Assembly: GCF_018977255.1 (NCBI RefSeq)
Contig: NW_024704742.1
Span: 132,062,001 to 132,126,000 of the forward strand
Reading direction: 5' to 3'
DNA: 64,000 bases
Source of the DNA: Callorhinchus milii
Lineage: Eukaryota
Shown here: positions 61,867-64,000 of the stretch, piece after piece
Position numbering within the stretch: position 1 is the stretch's first letter
Layout: each line of letters opens with the position of its first letter
Translations under genes and position numbers: made by a program
The notes under the pieces: model-generated
Seen by the model: the letters and a program-made list of their open reading frames with translations, nothing else
Told to the model about the DNA's origin: nothing
Databases searched by the model: none

Positions 61867-62542
61867 TGTACATCTGTGGGTGAATGTGATAGCCACATTG
61901 CACAAAGCAAATGTCCCACATCCATGAACTGAATGACCAATTTTATTGGGAGAGAGTTGTCGGTCAGAACCCTGGGAGAAACTCCCTTCTCGTTTTCGAG
62001 TTGTGCCAAAATGTTTAAAATTCCCTCAATTACTTTCTGAGATTTTCTATTAGTTTCACGAAATATAAAAAATGATAAGTTAAAAAAAAGTGACCAAATA
62101 ATTTTGGTTGTTGTCAGACTTGTGTGTAACTGAGTATGAGTACGCTTTTCGATCTGGTTTCATTCAACTCCAAAGGATCCTAAGCTACAAAGCCATTACA
62201 AACTCAATTCTCTGTTATAAATGGGTCCATCAAGTCAATTTCAGAAAACACTTTACTAAGAAAAGCCTGTTCTTTCTACCCTTTTTCCCCTTCCTTTTCC
62301 TGTCATCACCTTCTCTCTTGTTCCTTTTCACCTTGAGTAGTGTTCCAGTTTGGCACAGTTTTCTCAATAAACAAAATAGCTTGCAAGCACTTGTCCATCA
62401 CAAATGGGCATTGCAGTGCCACTCTTCAAAATAATATTCTTATGCTAATGCTCCCTCGATCAACCATCGGCCTCCGAGCTAAACAAAACCCTAATCGCTC
62501 CGTGACAACTCCCAACACATTAACTTTAAGCACCACAATGTA

Positions 62543-62903
62543 TCAATCCTGTAGCATAGTGGTTAGATGACTAGCCTCACAAGTGAGAGGATCTGGGTTT
62601 GATTCCCGGCAGGGCAAAACATTGGGCGAGTTTCCTTACTCCACATGCCTCTATTTACCGAGCAGTAAATAGGAACCTGGTTGTTAGTCAATTAGTGGAT
62701 TGCTTTTCCTGGGCTAATAATCCCTTCAAAAATAAATAATAATAATGATCTGGTCACTCAATTCACAACTGTTTCTGGGACATTGCTGAGCGCAATTGGC
62801 TGCAGCATTTCGCCCACAAAATGTAGTCACTAACCTTTACAGTATGTTCTGTGAAACCCTTTGAGAAGACGAGACAAGGCGCAGTATCAAATGAAAAGAT
62901 TAA
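62543..62903 (+). mobile_element. SINE family A long form (older head)
   Basis: TCCTGTAGCATAGTGGTTAG..GGGTTTGATTCCCGGCAGGGC..CCTCTATTTACCGAGCAGTAAATAGGAACCTGG. Confidence 0.85.
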
Positions 62904-63389
62904 CATATTCTGGCTTAGTTGGTACATTTTACTCCCCCAATCTCAGGGATAGAAGGCACACATTGGGACTGTATAATAATAAGTGAGTACAAAATAAGTG
63001 AGTTTCTCCCAGTGTCCTGGCCAACAATGCCCCAAATAAAATTGGTCACTCACTTCATGGCTGTTTGTGGAATATTGCTGTGCACAAATTGGTACATATA
63101 CACACAAGCATAAAAAACTATAGTCACACCACATTACAATGGTTTCATACACTTTATGAACCACTTTGAGACATCCCTCCCAAAGTGAAACGCGCTATAC
63201 TAAATGTAAGGATTGCTAATCTTATTATTATAGGTCAGGCTGACATGTTAGTGCAGTGCCACGAATGCTCTGTATTGCCATCCTTTGGACGTAAGATCAA
63301 ACTAAAGTCTTGTTCATCTGGGCAATAACCCTATTTGAAAAGAGAAGGGAATTCTTCTTTGTAACTAGACAAAAATCCACCTACTTAGT

Positions 63390-63812
63390 TATAATAATAG
63401 CAGTCCTTGCATTTGATGCAGTACCTCTCAAAGAGATAACATCTCAAATCATTTCACAGATGCAGTCCGATATTTTGGTACGCAAGCATGGCAGCCAATT
63501 TGAACATAGCAATGTCCCACAAACAACCATATTGAGATTGATCTTTTTTATCTGGGGGATTTGTTGGTCCCAGGACATTATTATTCGAATAATGACATGG
63601 GATCTTGATCATCCACCTCGACAGGCAGATGGGATCTCGGTTTAACATATTTTCTGAAGGACGGCACCTCCGTCAATGCAGTGCTCCCCCGGCACTACAT
63701 TGGAACGTCAGCCTAGAATGTGAGTTCAAAGATCCGACGTGCGAATTGGAGCTTGAACCCACAACCTTCTGTCTCAGAGGTGAGAGGGCTACCAACTGAG
63801 TCAGGCTGACAC
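63390..63812 (-). mobile_element. Family B SINE, near full length
   Basis: GGCAGATGGGATCTCGGTTTAACAT..GAAGGACGGCACCTCC..GCTACCAACTGAGTCAGGCTGACAC. Confidence 0.85.
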
Positions 63813-64000
63813 ACAAATTTAGGAGGTTTCGAGTCCAAGAGAAGTCTCAGGACTCTGCGTGATGTACAGCAAGATTCCCTGAGGACAATTCTCTTTACAT
63901 GACGGGTGTTTTTTGAACCATCAGCCACACAGCAGCTAAATGCCACTGGAGCGCTATTTAGACACAATTATAAGTAATCTTGCACACCACAGGGCAAAAG

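Noticed and set aside
1..64000. CRISPR-like recurrence of GAGACGTCTCAAAGCGCTTCACAG, and RT plus structured RNA read as a retron/DGR-like system
   Set aside because: The repeats are dispersed SINE tails in both orientations, with no regular spacers or cas genes. The RT is an ordinary eukaryotic L2 LINE.

Overview
Eukaryotic, non-coding, repeat-dense vertebrate DNA (intron or gene desert). I found no host protein-coding gene, rRNA, bona fide tRNA, CRISPR or prokaryote-type system. By eye roughly half the window is decayed transposable elements. These are: (i) a DeuSINE-type tRNA-derived SINE ('family B', ~430-470 bp); (ii) a younger SINE with a tRNA-Ala-like cloverleaf head joined to the 3' half of family B ('family A', long and short forms); (iii) many 5'-truncated L2-clade LINEs, the longest (52505-53820) keeping a frameshifted reverse transcriptase with YADD; (iv) CR1 LINE 3' fragments; (v) small non-autonomous DNA transposons (Tc1/mariner with TA TSD, hAT MITEs). 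This repertoire suggests a cartilaginous fish, possibly a holocephalan (inference, not checked). Nearly all ORFs in the track are translations of repeats or chance. The most notable structures are a long ancient inverted repeat (56.8-59.1 kb) whose arms were split by later insertions, a covarying 3' hairpin shared by the SINEs and several L2 families, ~50-60 bp retroposed 'hairpin-only' tips, an unrecognised 3-copy ~300 bp repeat, and a few repeat-free, motif-rich islands that may be conserved enhancers. Only the clearer repeat copies are listed, and boundaries are approximate.
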